The notes beneath the pieces are model-generated. The model ran no database searches. It was not told the origin of the DNA and saw only the letters and a list, made by a program, of their open reading frames with translations. From Candidatus Poribacteria bacterium (lineage in GTDB: Bacteria > Poribacteria > WGA-4E > PCPOR2b), in the NCBI GenBank assembly GCA_965218095.1, contig OZ244587.1, forward strand, positions 608,001 through 672,000: a DNA stretch of 64,000 bases, written 5' to 3'. A program made the position numbers and the translations under genes. Positions 18,960 to 27,583 of the stretch are shown piece after piece. Each line of letters opens with the position of its first letter. Position 1 is the first letter of the stretch.

Positions 18960-20897
18960 CTATTTCAAGATCACCATCTTCCGCGTTGCGGAATAATCTC
19001 CGGCAGACAGGTGATAGAAGTACATACCACTTGCCACCCGCTCACCGAACTCGTTTCTCCCATCCCAATAGACCGCCTTTGACCGACTCTCGTAGGCAGA
19101 CGCAATCCGATGCCCAACGTCGAGCGTACGGACGACCCGACCGATGCCGTCATAGATGGTCAACGTGACAAAAGCATCTTCTGCCAACCGATACGGTATC
19201 CACGTTTCGGGGTTGAATGGATTGGGATAGTTTGGCAACAGGGCCATCTCTGTTGGTGTCAGGGATGCCAAGAGCTGTTCAAGCACCACAATCCCCCTCG
19301 CCATCGTGGCATCCTTAACCTCAAGCGACCTCGCGTCGGTCAGCCACTGTTGAACGTCTGCCGCCGTGAGCATCTCAAATGCTTGTGGATGCGCTGAAGG
19401 CGCGGATGCCGCATTCCCAAACGCGCCCGCAACCAACACCAGATCCAGAATATTGACAACCCCATCTCCGTTGACATCCGCCGCCAGATCTGGCCCTTCA
19501 TTCCCGAAACCGGACGCAACCAACACCAGATCTAGGATATTCACGTCACCGTCACTATTCACATCCCCCGCAATCGGTGGCGGCTCAGTGTCGGAGACGA
19601 CCTTAAAGGCCACCGTTTGCTCAAATTCAGCGGCAGACACAGAGACGGTGTTCGTTCCCGGGTTCGGCCCCAGCGTGAGCGTACTCTCTGCCCTGCCGTT
19701 TTCATCGGTCATTGTGCGTGTGGCATTGAGCGTTCCACCACCTGCGGTGACGGCAAACGTGACCGGAACCCTCTCAAGCACTGAACCGTTCTCATCCTGT
19801 ACTTCAACGACAAACGGGTTCGCCAGGGCCGCACCGGACACGCCTTTCTGGTTATCGCCTGAGATTTTCAAAAGGGCGGGATGCGCTTGGTCGTCAAAGT
19901 ATACCGTAACCCCTCTGCCAGTGAGGGTTGGAATGTGGGTGTGGATGGATGTGTAGCTCAGGGGGTTTCTCGTCACATCAACCGCGTCTCCACCCCCCAA
20001 TCCCGTGTTTGCCACCAGGGGCGAGATGTCCGATATCGAGTTGACCGAAAGCCCCAGCCATGTCAGATTGGTTAATCCCGACACAGGCGAGATGTCCGAT
20101 ATTGAGTTCGCGCCAAGCTCCAGCCATGTCAGATTGGTTAATCCCGACACAGGCGAGATGTCCGATATCGAGTTTTCGTCAAGCTCCAGCTCTGTCAGAT
20201 TGGTTAATCCCGACACAGGCGAGATGTCCGATATCGAGTTCACGCTAAGACTCAGCTCTGTCAGATTAGTTAATCCCGACACAGGCGAGATGTCCGATAT
20301 CGAGTTGCCCCAAAGACTCAGCCCTGTCAGATTGGTTAATCCCGACACAGGCGAGATGTCCGATATCAAGTTGTCCGAAAGACCCAGCCATGTCAGATTG
20401 GTTAATCCCGACACAGGCGAGATGTCCGATATCGAGTTCCTGCTAAGACTCAGCCCTGTCAGATTAGTTAATCCCGACACAGGCGAGATGTCCGATATCG
20501 AGTTGCCCCAAAGATTCAGCCCTGTCAGATTGGTTAATCCCGACACAGACGAGATGTCCGATATCGAGTTGTCCCAAAGATCCAGCTCTGTCAGATTGGT
20601 TAATCCCGACACAGGCGAGATGTCCGATATCAAGTTGTCCCAAAGATTCAGCTCTGTCAGATTGGTTGCAAACTCAAGCCCGGTCAGGTCTCGGATTTCC
20701 GCATCCTGTGCATTAAGGCGCGTCAAAGTTGCCATATCCGCCGTGGTGATTGTGGCGCCGGACGCTTTGCCGAGAGTGGTCTCAATCGCAGCGCGGAGGT
20801 TGGCGTCGGGGATGTCTACCATTTGCGCTGTTGCCATCAACGGAATTGAGAGGCAAATCAACAGGAATAAAGTGAAACGAAGAAGTTGCTTTTTCAC
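18960..20897 (-). CDS. Secreted internalin-like LRR protein + Ig-like domain + dockerin-like motif + FlgD-Ig/T9SS-CTD-like C-terminal domain
   Basis: GTG 20897 after AGGAGA; signal peptide; IPDANLRAAI cap; ten 22-aa LRRs; DVNSDGDVNILDLVLVA-type motif twice; NYPNPFNPETWIPY...RKMVILK. Confidence 0.88.
   Translation of the reverse strand: MKKQLLRFTLFLLICLSIPLMATAQMVDIPDANLRAAIETTLGKASGATITTADMATLTRLNAQDAEIRDLTGLEFATNLTELNLWDNLISDISPVSGLTNLTELDLWDNSISDISSVSGLTNLTGLNLWGNSISDISPVSGLTNLTGLSLSRNSISDISPVSGLTNLTWLGLSDNLISDISPVSGLTNLTGLSLWGNSISDISPVSGLTNLTELSLSVNSISDISPVSGLTNLTELELDENSISDISPVSGLTNLTWLELGANSISDISPVSGLTNLTWLGLSVNSISDISPLVANTGLGGGDAVDVTRNPLSYTSIHTHIPTLTGRGVTVYFDDQAHPALLKISGDNQKGVSGAALANPFVVEVQDENGSVLERVPVTFAVTAGGGTLNATRTMTDENGRAESTLTLGPNPGTNTVSVSAAEFEQTVAFKVVSDTEPPPIAGDVNSDGDVNILDLVLVASGFGNEGPDLAADVNGDGVVNILDLVLVAGAFGNAASAPSAHPQAFEMLTAADVQQWLTDARSLEVKDATMARGIVVLEQLLASLTPTEMALLPNYPNPFNPETWIPYRLAEDAFVTLTIYDGIGRVVRTLDVGHRIASAYESRSKAVYWDGRNEFGERVASGMYFYHLSAGDYSATRKMVILK
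20023..20668 (-). repeat. Ten tandem 66-bp coding repeats (LRR units)
   Basis: gagatgtccgata recurs every 66 bp from 20023 to 20617. Confidence 0.92.
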
Positions 20898-21043
20898 AGA
20901 TTTATCTCCTTTGTAGTTAAGAATGTGTGTGAGAGGCATCTGTGCCTTGATCGTCGGGACAACCCCCCGTCCCCCTTATCAGGGAGAGAGGTAGAAAATC
21001 AGGAGAGAGGCAGAGAGCCTCGCTACGGAACCCCGTGACGATC

Positions 21044-21072
21044 AGAATACCACAAAGTCAGGTTAAAGTCAA
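21044..21072 (-). promoter_or_regulatory. Sigma70-type promoter for LRR gene 1 (second copy at 22813-22842)
   Basis: Minus strand TTGACT-17 bp-TATTCT with an extended -10 TG. Confidence 0.6.
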
Positions 21073-21206
21073 CCTTTTTTAACACTTGACAAGTGCCCTG
21101 AAATAGAAATTTCAAAAGATATGTTCGTTTTTTTATAATCGCTTCCGATTCAGAAGGTCACGGACTACCCGCAAGATATTGTCGCCTAGTCAAAGCATCG
21201 GGATAG

Positions 21207-21244
21207 AAAAAGCCCCACCCGAATCAAACGGATGGGGCTTTGTT
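21207..21244 (-). terminator. Intrinsic terminator, possibly bidirectional (second copy ~22977-23014)
   Basis: aaaaagccccacccg-aatcaaa-cggatggggctttgtt, just downstream of the upstream gene's stop. Confidence 0.75.
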
Positions 21245-21289
21245 ACTTCTACAGTATATCTACCGACCCACTGATAGGGGATCCCTCCC

Positions 21290-22663
21290 CTACTTCAGAA
21301 TCACCATCTTCTGCGTGGCGGAATAATCCCCGGCGGACAGGTGATAGAAGTAAATCCCACTTGCTACCCGCTCTCCAAACTTGTTTCTGCCATCCCAGTA
21401 AGCCGCCTTAAACCGACTCGTGTAAATCCCCGCGATCCGATGCCCAACGTCGATCGTACGGACGATGCGACCACTCCGGTCGTAGATGGTTAAGGTAACG
21501 AAAGCATCCTCTCTCAAATGATACGGTATCCAAGTCCCTAGGCGGAATGGATTCGGATAGCTCGGCAACCCTTTCGTGCATACAAAAGGGTATTGTACCC
21601 GACCCCCCCTCTCTCTTAGGACTGCGATGTCCGGGTGGTTGGCTGGGAAGTTCGAGTGGTTCCACACAGTAATCCAGTCACCGTCCCCCAATCCTGTATT
21701 TGCTACTAGAGGTGATAAGTCGAATATCGGATTGTAGGCAAGATACAGAGATTCCAGATTGGTTAAGCCTGTCACCGCCGAAATGTCTGATATGAAGTTG
21801 TTGTCAAGTCTCAACCCTGTTAAATTAGTTAAACCTGCCACCGCCGAAATATCCGATATAAAGTTGTCTCCAAGATACAGCTCTGTCAAGTTGGTTAAGC
21901 CTGCTACAGGCGAAATATCCGATATTGAATTGCCATCAAGATCTAACTCTGTCAAGTTGGTTAAGCTCGCTATCGCCGTGATGTCTGATATCAAGTTATT
22001 CTCAAGATACAGCCTTGTCAAGTTGGTTAAGCCCGCCACCCCCGTGATGTTTGATATTGAGTTATCCTGAAGAAGTAAATTCGTTAAGTTAGTTAAGCCT
22101 GCCACTGCCGTGATGTCCGATATTGAGTTATCCTGAAGAAGTAGAGTTGTCAGGTTGGTTAAGCCTGCTACAGGCGAAATATCCGATATTTGATTGTGCC
22201 CAAGCCCCAACGATGTCAGGTTAGTTAAGCCTGCTATAGGCGAAATATCCGATATTTGATTGTGCCCAAGCCCCAACGATGTCAAGTTGGTTAAGCCTGC
22301 TACAGACGAAATATCCGATATTGGATTGCCCCCAAGCCCCAACGATGTCAAGTTGGTTAAGCCTGCTATAGGTGAAATATCCGATATTGAATGACTGTCG
22401 TAAAGATACAGCTCTGTCAGGTTAATCGCATGGTCAAGACTGGTCAAATCGCTAACGCCCCTTTCCTGTTCCTGCATAGCGATTGACGTCAAAGTCGCCA
22501 TCTCTGTCACAGTGATTGGGGTTCCGGGTGCTTTGCCAAGTACTCTTTCAATGTAATCGCGGAGGGTGGGGTCAGGGATGTCTACCGTTTGCGCCGTCGC
22601 CATCAATTGAATTGAGAGGCAAATCAACAGGAAAAAAGTGAAACGAAGAAGTTGTCTTTTCAT
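21290..22663 (-). CDS. Secreted internalin-like LRR protein with a degenerate copy of the shared C-terminal domain
   Basis: Signal peptide; ~11 LRRs (ISDISPIAGLTNLTxLxLxxN); SYPNPFRLGTWIPY...QKMVILK. Confidence 0.88.
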   Translation of the reverse strand: MKRQLLRFTFFLLICLSIQLMATAQTVDIPDPTLRDYIERVLGKAPGTPITVTEMATLTSIAMQEQERGVSDLTSLDHAINLTELYLYDSHSISDISPIAGLTNLTSLGLGGNPISDISSVAGLTNLTSLGLGHNQISDISPIAGLTNLTSLGLGHNQISDISPVAGLTNLTTLLLQDNSISDITAVAGLTNLTNLLLQDNSISNITGVAGLTNLTRLYLENNLISDITAIASLTNLTELDLDGNSISDISPVAGLTNLTELYLGDNFISDISAVAGLTNLTGLRLDNNFISDISAVTGLTNLESLYLAYNPIFDLSPLVANTGLGDGDWITVWNHSNFPANHPDIAVLRERGGRVQYPFVCTKGLPSYPNPFRLGTWIPYHLREDAFVTLTIYDRSGRIVRTIDVGHRIAGIYTSRFKAAYWDGRNKFGERVASGIYFYHLSAGDYSATQKMVILK

Positions 22664-23043
22664 GAATTTTGATTCTTTTATAGGTTAAGATGTGTGTGAG
22701 AGGCATCTGTGCCTCGATTGTCGGGACAACCCCCCTGCCCCCCTTATCAAGGGGGAGAGGTAGAAAATCAGGAGAGAGGCAGAGAGCCTCGCTACGGAAC
22801 CCCGTGGTGATCAAAATACCACAAAGTCAGGTTAAAAGTCAACCTTTTTTAGCACTTGACAAAGTGCCCTGAAATAGAAATTTCAAAAGATATGTTCTTT
22901 TTTTATAATCGCTTCCGATTCAGAGGGTCACGGACCACCCGCAAGATATTGTCGCCTAGTCAAAGCATCGGGATAGAAAAAGCCCCACCCGAATCAAACG
23001 GATGGGGCTTTGTTACTTCTACGTATATCTACCGCCCTACTGA
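22571..23043. repeat. ~470-bp duplicated segment, copy 2
   Basis: Matches 20805-21273. Confidence 0.9.
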
Positions 23044-23067
23044 CTTGCAAGGATATTAACCCCTCCC

Positions 23068-26000
23068 CTACTTCAAGATGACCATCTTCCGCGTTGCGGA
23101 ATAATCCCCGGCGGACAGGTGATAGAAGTACATACCACTTGCCACCCGCTCACCGAACTCGTTTCTGCCATCCCAGTAGATCGCCTTTGACCGACTCTCG
23201 TAGACCGCCGCAATCCGATGCCCAACCTTGAGCGTGCGGACGACACGACCGATGCTGTCATAGATGGTCAACGTGACGAAAGCATCCTCCGCCAACCGAT
23301 ACGGTATCCACGTTTCGGGGTTGAACGGATTCGGATAGTTCCGCAATAGCACTGTCTCCGAAGGAAGCTCTTGGACGATTAGCCCCGGCAACTGAATCCG
23401 GCTGCGTCTCACATCTTCAGCGGTTACGGTATATCGCAACGGTTGCACGCCGATGGAGACATCGGGAGATATGGCAGAGATTTCAAGGATATCCCCAATC
23501 GCTGCCGCTCGCCCGCCCGCTATATCAACAACGGTGAGTTGATAGGCAATCTGCGATGAAGCACTGTCTGTCTCTTCAATCACGCCGGTGACCGCGCTGC
23601 CGGTCGTAGACTCTCGGTCTTTGACCGGAGTTGAGAGGTTTTTAACGATGAGGCGGAATCCTGCGCCGTTGGTACGACTCACTTCATCAACAATCGAACC
23701 GCTCAACACCAGAACAGGGGTAACTCCAGTCACTTGGATACCCCCTGTCGTTAGTGGTGGCGCAGCCATTGTGCCGGCGGCGGTGTTATCCCAACCATCG
23801 CCGGAGATAGTAACTGTTGCAGCTTCGGTAGCGGTCAAGAGGAAGGATTGTCCGCCCGTGACCGGGATATCCCCGTCATCGTCCACCCATCCGACCGCCT
23901 TGAACGCTCCATTATCCGAAACAATAATCACGGAGACAACCCCCGCAATCCCTTCGAGTGCGAACAGGTTGCTCACACGCGCTATGCTTGAATCTCTCAA
24001 TGGCAGCCCCACAAGGTTGCGACCTTGGTTTAAGGTGATAGTGCTCATCCCGTCTGTACCAAGCGCATCACCACCCAACCTAACAGAGACCGGGGCTTTC
24101 ATACTAGCGATGATACCGGTATCATTGGTCAAGGTCTTATCGGCGGTGCTCCCTCGACTCGAGTTCCCAAGATAGCTGTGCCACGCCTGTGTGTCGGTGT
24201 CATAGGTAATAAGAAGGTTAACGGTATCCGCGCCACCAAGTGCATTGTAGAGGTGAGCAACCGATTCGATGGCACCCGCTACGCCGTCAACTGCCCTCAC
24301 CTTTAGTGGCACGTGAATCAAGCTGATACCTGATGGCACGGAGAGGTCAAATTCAAGCAGTTCAGCGATGGCGTTAAAGGTCACCATTTCGGTAATTCCT
24401 TCGACACTGACCTCGACCGTATTTGTGCCGGGGGCGTTTCCAAGGGTCAGGGTACTTTGTGCCAAGCCGTTGGCATCAGTGTCTACGCTTGTATCACTCA
24501 GTGACCCCCCGCCTGCGCTGGCAACAAAGGTTACAGTCACCCCTTCCATCAGGTCGTCGTACTGATCGCGGACTTCAACCACAAAGGGATTCGCCAACGC
24601 TTCACCGGTCAACCCGTTCTGATTATTGCCTGAAACGCTCTCTAGTGCCGTCGGCATTGGCGGTAGGGTAGTCGCTTCCGCACTAAAGACCACCGTCTGG
24701 GAAATACCTTCGACACTGACCTCGACGGTGTTTGTGCCGGGGGCGTTTCCAAGGGTCAGGGTACTTTGTGCTAAGCCGTTGGCATCAGTGTCTACGCTTG
24801 TATCACTCAGTGAACCGCCACCTGCGCTGACAGCAAAGGTTACAGTCACCCCTTCCATCAGGTCGTCGTACTGATCGCGGACTTCAACCACAAAGGGATT
24901 CGCCAACGCTTCACCGGTCATGCCGTTCTGATTATCGCCTGAAATGATTGATAGAGCTGTCAGCATTGGCGGGGATGGTGGTTCTTGCTGTTGTCCCGAT
25001 TGCTCTGGTTCCTGTTGTTGTTGCTGTTGTGGTAGCGTTTGCTCCTGTTGTTGTTCTGACGTTGAGGTTTCAATTGTCGCAGTACCACTCACAGAACTGT
25101 CACCAACCGACGCTGTGACTGTGTAGGAGCCGGTGGAACCGCTCCCAGTTGTCAGCGTAGTCTGCGCCTGTCCGTTGCTATCAGTCGTCGCGTTTGTGGG
25201 ATTCAGCGACACAGTCCCATCGTCTGGACTGACGCTAAACGTCACTGTTTTCCCTGGCGCGGCGCTCCCGTCCTCCTGGACCCCAACAGTAAACGTCATA
25301 CTCTCGCCAGAATCGAGGGGCCAAGGACTGTGTGACATAAATAGAGTACGCAATGGTGGTGGTGGGGTATTAACTGTCGCAGTCCCACTCACAGAAATGT
25401 CACCAACCGACGCTTTGACCGTGTATGAACCGGACGCACCGCTTCCAAGTGTTAGTGTAGTAGATGCCTGCCCGTTGCTACCAGTTGTCGCACTTGTGGG
25501 ATTCAGCGACGCATTCCCGTCGCCTGAAGTGATACTAAAGGTCACCGTTTTCCCTGACGCGGCACTCCCGTCCTCCTGAACCTCAACAGTAAATGTCAAC
25601 GTATCACCGGGGTCGCCAGACCCAAGACCACTTACCACACTTATCGATAATTCTGGCAGAGGTGGTGAGGTCTCAACTGTCGCAGTACCACTCACAGAAC
25701 TGTCACCAACCGACGCTGTGACTGTGTAGGAGCCGGTGGAACCGCTCCCAGTTGTCAGCGTAGTCTGCGCCTGTCCGTTGCTATCAGTCGTCGCGCTTGT
25801 GGGATTCAGCGACACAGTCCCATCGTCTGGACTGACGCTAAACGTCACTGTTTTCCCTGGCGCGGCACTCCCGTCCTCTTTGACCGTAACAGTAAACGTC
25901 ATACTCTCGCCAGAATCGAGGGGCCAAGGACTGTGTGACATAAATAGAGTACGCAATGGTGGTGGAGGTGGTGGGGTATTAACTGTCGCAGTCCCGCTGG

Positions 26001-26673
26001 TAGATTTGCTACCAACCGTCGCTGTAATCGTGTATGAACCGGACGCACTATTCCCAAGTGTTAGCGTAGTAGATGCCTGCCCGTTGTTACCAGTTGTCGC
26101 ACTTGTGGGATTCAGCGACGCATTCCCGTCGCCTGAAGTGATACTAAAGGTCACCGTTTTCCCTGACGCGGCACTCCTGTCCTCCTGAACCTCAACAACA
26201 AAGGTCAACGTACTACCGGGGGCACCGGATCCAGGACCACTTACTACACTTATCGATAATTCTGGTGGTGGCGGCGGTGGCGGCGTTGAAGTTTCAACTG
26301 TCACAGTTATACTCTGAGATCGACCATTGTTGAGCGTCCCTGTAACCGTGTATGACCCAGATGCACTACTGCCAAGTGTTAGTGTAGTGGATGTCAGTCC
26401 GTTTCTACCAGTTGTCGCACTTGTGGGATCCAAAGACGCAGTCCCATCATCTGGACTCACGCTAAACGTCACTGCTAGCCCTGGCACGGGTGGCGATTCG
26501 AAGATGGGACCGGTTAAACGCTCAACGACTCCAAAACCAATCGTAAACTGATCATCGGGCTCGACAGACAAATCATCATATGAAAACATAAATAGGATTT
26601 CTGCTGCTGCCCCCAATGGCATCAAGCCAGAAATCAAACACAACAATATGAAACCAATCAGTTGGTTTTTCAC
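23068..26673 (-). CDS. Large secreted invasin/intimin-like (Big_1 Ig repeat) adhesin with Pro/Gln linkers and the shared C-terminal domain
   Basis: Signal peptide; seven VTFSV...SATTxxNGQAxTTLTLG-type units; poly-P and poly-Q linkers; NYPNPFNPETWIPY...RKMVILK. Confidence 0.85.
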   Translation of the reverse strand: MKNQLIGFILLCLISGLMPLGAAAEILFMFSYDDLSVEPDDQFTIGFGVVERLTGPIFESPPVPGLAVTFSVSPDDGTASLDPTSATTGRNGLTSTTLTLGSSASGSYTVTGTLNNGRSQSITVTVETSTPPPPPPPELSISVVSGPGSGAPGSTLTFVVEVQEDRSAASGKTVTFSITSGDGNASLNPTSATTGNNGQASTTLTLGNSASGSYTITATVGSKSTSGTATVNTPPPPPPLRTLFMSHSPWPLDSGESMTFTVTVKEDGSAAPGKTVTFSVSPDDGTVSLNPTSATTDSNGQAQTTLTTGSGSTGSYTVTASVGDSSVSGTATVETSPPLPELSISVVSGLGSGDPGDTLTFTVEVQEDGSAASGKTVTFSITSGDGNASLNPTSATTGSNGQASTTLTLGSGASGSYTVKASVGDISVSGTATVNTPPPPLRTLFMSHSPWPLDSGESMTFTVGVQEDGSAAPGKTVTFSVSPDDGTVSLNPTNATTDSNGQAQTTLTTGSGSTGSYTVTASVGDSSVSGTATIETSTSEQQQEQTLPQQQQQQEPEQSGQQQEPPSPPMLTALSIISGDNQNGMTGEALANPFVVEVRDQYDDLMEGVTVTFAVSAGGGSLSDTSVDTDANGLAQSTLTLGNAPGTNTVEVSVEGISQTVVFSAEATTLPPMPTALESVSGNNQNGLTGEALANPFVVEVRDQYDDLMEGVTVTFVASAGGGSLSDTSVDTDANGLAQSTLTLGNAPGTNTVEVSVEGITEMVTFNAIAELLEFDLSVPSGISLIHVPLKVRAVDGVAGAIESVAHLYNALGGADTVNLLITYDTDTQAWHSYLGNSSRGSTADKTLTNDTGIIASMKAPVSVRLGGDALGTDGMSTITLNQGRNLVGLPLRDSSIARVSNLFALEGIAGVVSVIIVSDNGAFKAVGWVDDDGDIPVTGGQSFLLTATEAATVTISGDGWDNTAAGTMAAPPLTTGGIQVTGVTPVLVLSGSIVDEVSRTNGAGFRLIVKNLSTPVKDRESTTGSAVTGVIEETDSASSQIAYQLTVVDIAGGRAAAIGDILEISAISPDVSIGVQPLRYTVTAEDVRRSRIQLPGLIVQELPSETVLLRNYPNPFNPETWIPYRLAEDAFVTLTIYDSIGRVVRTLKVGHRIAAVYESRSKAIYWDGRNEFGERVASGMYFYHLSAGDYSATRKMVILK

Positions 26674-27583
26674 AATTTTAACTCCTTAGAATTCGGTTGG
26701 TGGTGAGTAAGTGGATTCGATGTTTCCGTATACCTGTCGCCCTGCTATAAACATGATACCCCTGACGGAGCTTTAGGGGAGGGTGTGCACCCGTTTTTAT
26801 ATTTCAACTTGCTTAGGCACGTTAATTTGGGTCATTTCGTTTTCCACGAGTACCCGCCCGATGGTATTGGAAAAACAAAATTCGGGTTTCAGAAGTGCCT
26901 GAAACCCCCTCTATGAGTGAGTTTCAAGCATTAATGATCGCATATTTTTTCGGTGATGTCAAGAAAAAATGCACTTTTATGACACTTCTGGGCAGTTTTT
27001 TTGACATTCTGTTTATTGTCGTTATGGGCTAAAATTTACGGTTGATTAAGTGCTATACACCTTTCGCACCACTGATGTTTTAGGTAGCAACTTGGGGGAA
27101 TGGGACCTAAACCGAGCAAATCACCGCTCGCAGCCAAGCAGGGCTGATAAATAGAACGCAACGCAGAACACCAAAAAACATGCAAAATACCCCAGGTTCC
27201 GATAGATAGCAACTCGGGTTAAGGTTAAGTAGTCGCGCAATTCATGGCGCGTCTGGACCAATAGGCGATGAATCACCCAACTGCGGCCGCGGTGATCAGA
27301 ATACCACAAAGTCAACGTTTATTTTGAGTAAAGGTAAGGCATGCCGTGCGCCTACTTGGCATCGGGAGAAGCATCCCCCTCCTACAAACGATTTTTGACG
27401 ATACCCTTCTGTCAGCATAAAACAAGCGCTCGTTGTAGGAATCAGGTTGACAAGCTTGAGAATCTTTCCTATAATTTCCGAACCCTCCACTGATGCTTGA
27501 GAGCGAGGGGTAAGTTTAGACCGGAAGGTTATACTGAATTCTTATTGTATATTACTATTGCAACAAAATCGAGGAGAAAAGCC

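Larger units (their letters stand above)
20805..21273. repeat. ~470-bp duplicated segment, copy 1 (signal-peptide coding, leader, promoter, terminator); copy 2 at 22571-23043
   Basis: Near-identical sequence on direct comparison. Confidence 0.9.

Noticed and set aside
20023-20668. Constant ~45-bp repeat with ~20-bp variable 'spacers' resembling a CRISPR array
   Set aside because: The period is exactly 66 bp, in frame within an LRR gene; the variable parts are related to each other; no cas genes are present.
20023-20668. Diversity-generating retroelement target (variable codons such as AAT/GAT/AGT/GGT look like adenine mutagenesis)
   Set aside because: Synonymous adenines in the scaffold are essentially invariant, and no reverse transcriptase or template repeat is seen in the window.
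20005-20916. 303-aa repetitive plus-strand ORF, and other long antisense ORFs such as 6369-7301, 31283-32137 and 35519-36421
   Set aside because: These are shadows of well-supported genes on the opposite strand.
18960-26673. Calling these proteins bona fide T9SS substrates or cellulosome components
   Set aside because: No T9SS machinery or cohesin gene is in the window; only domain resemblance can be claimed.
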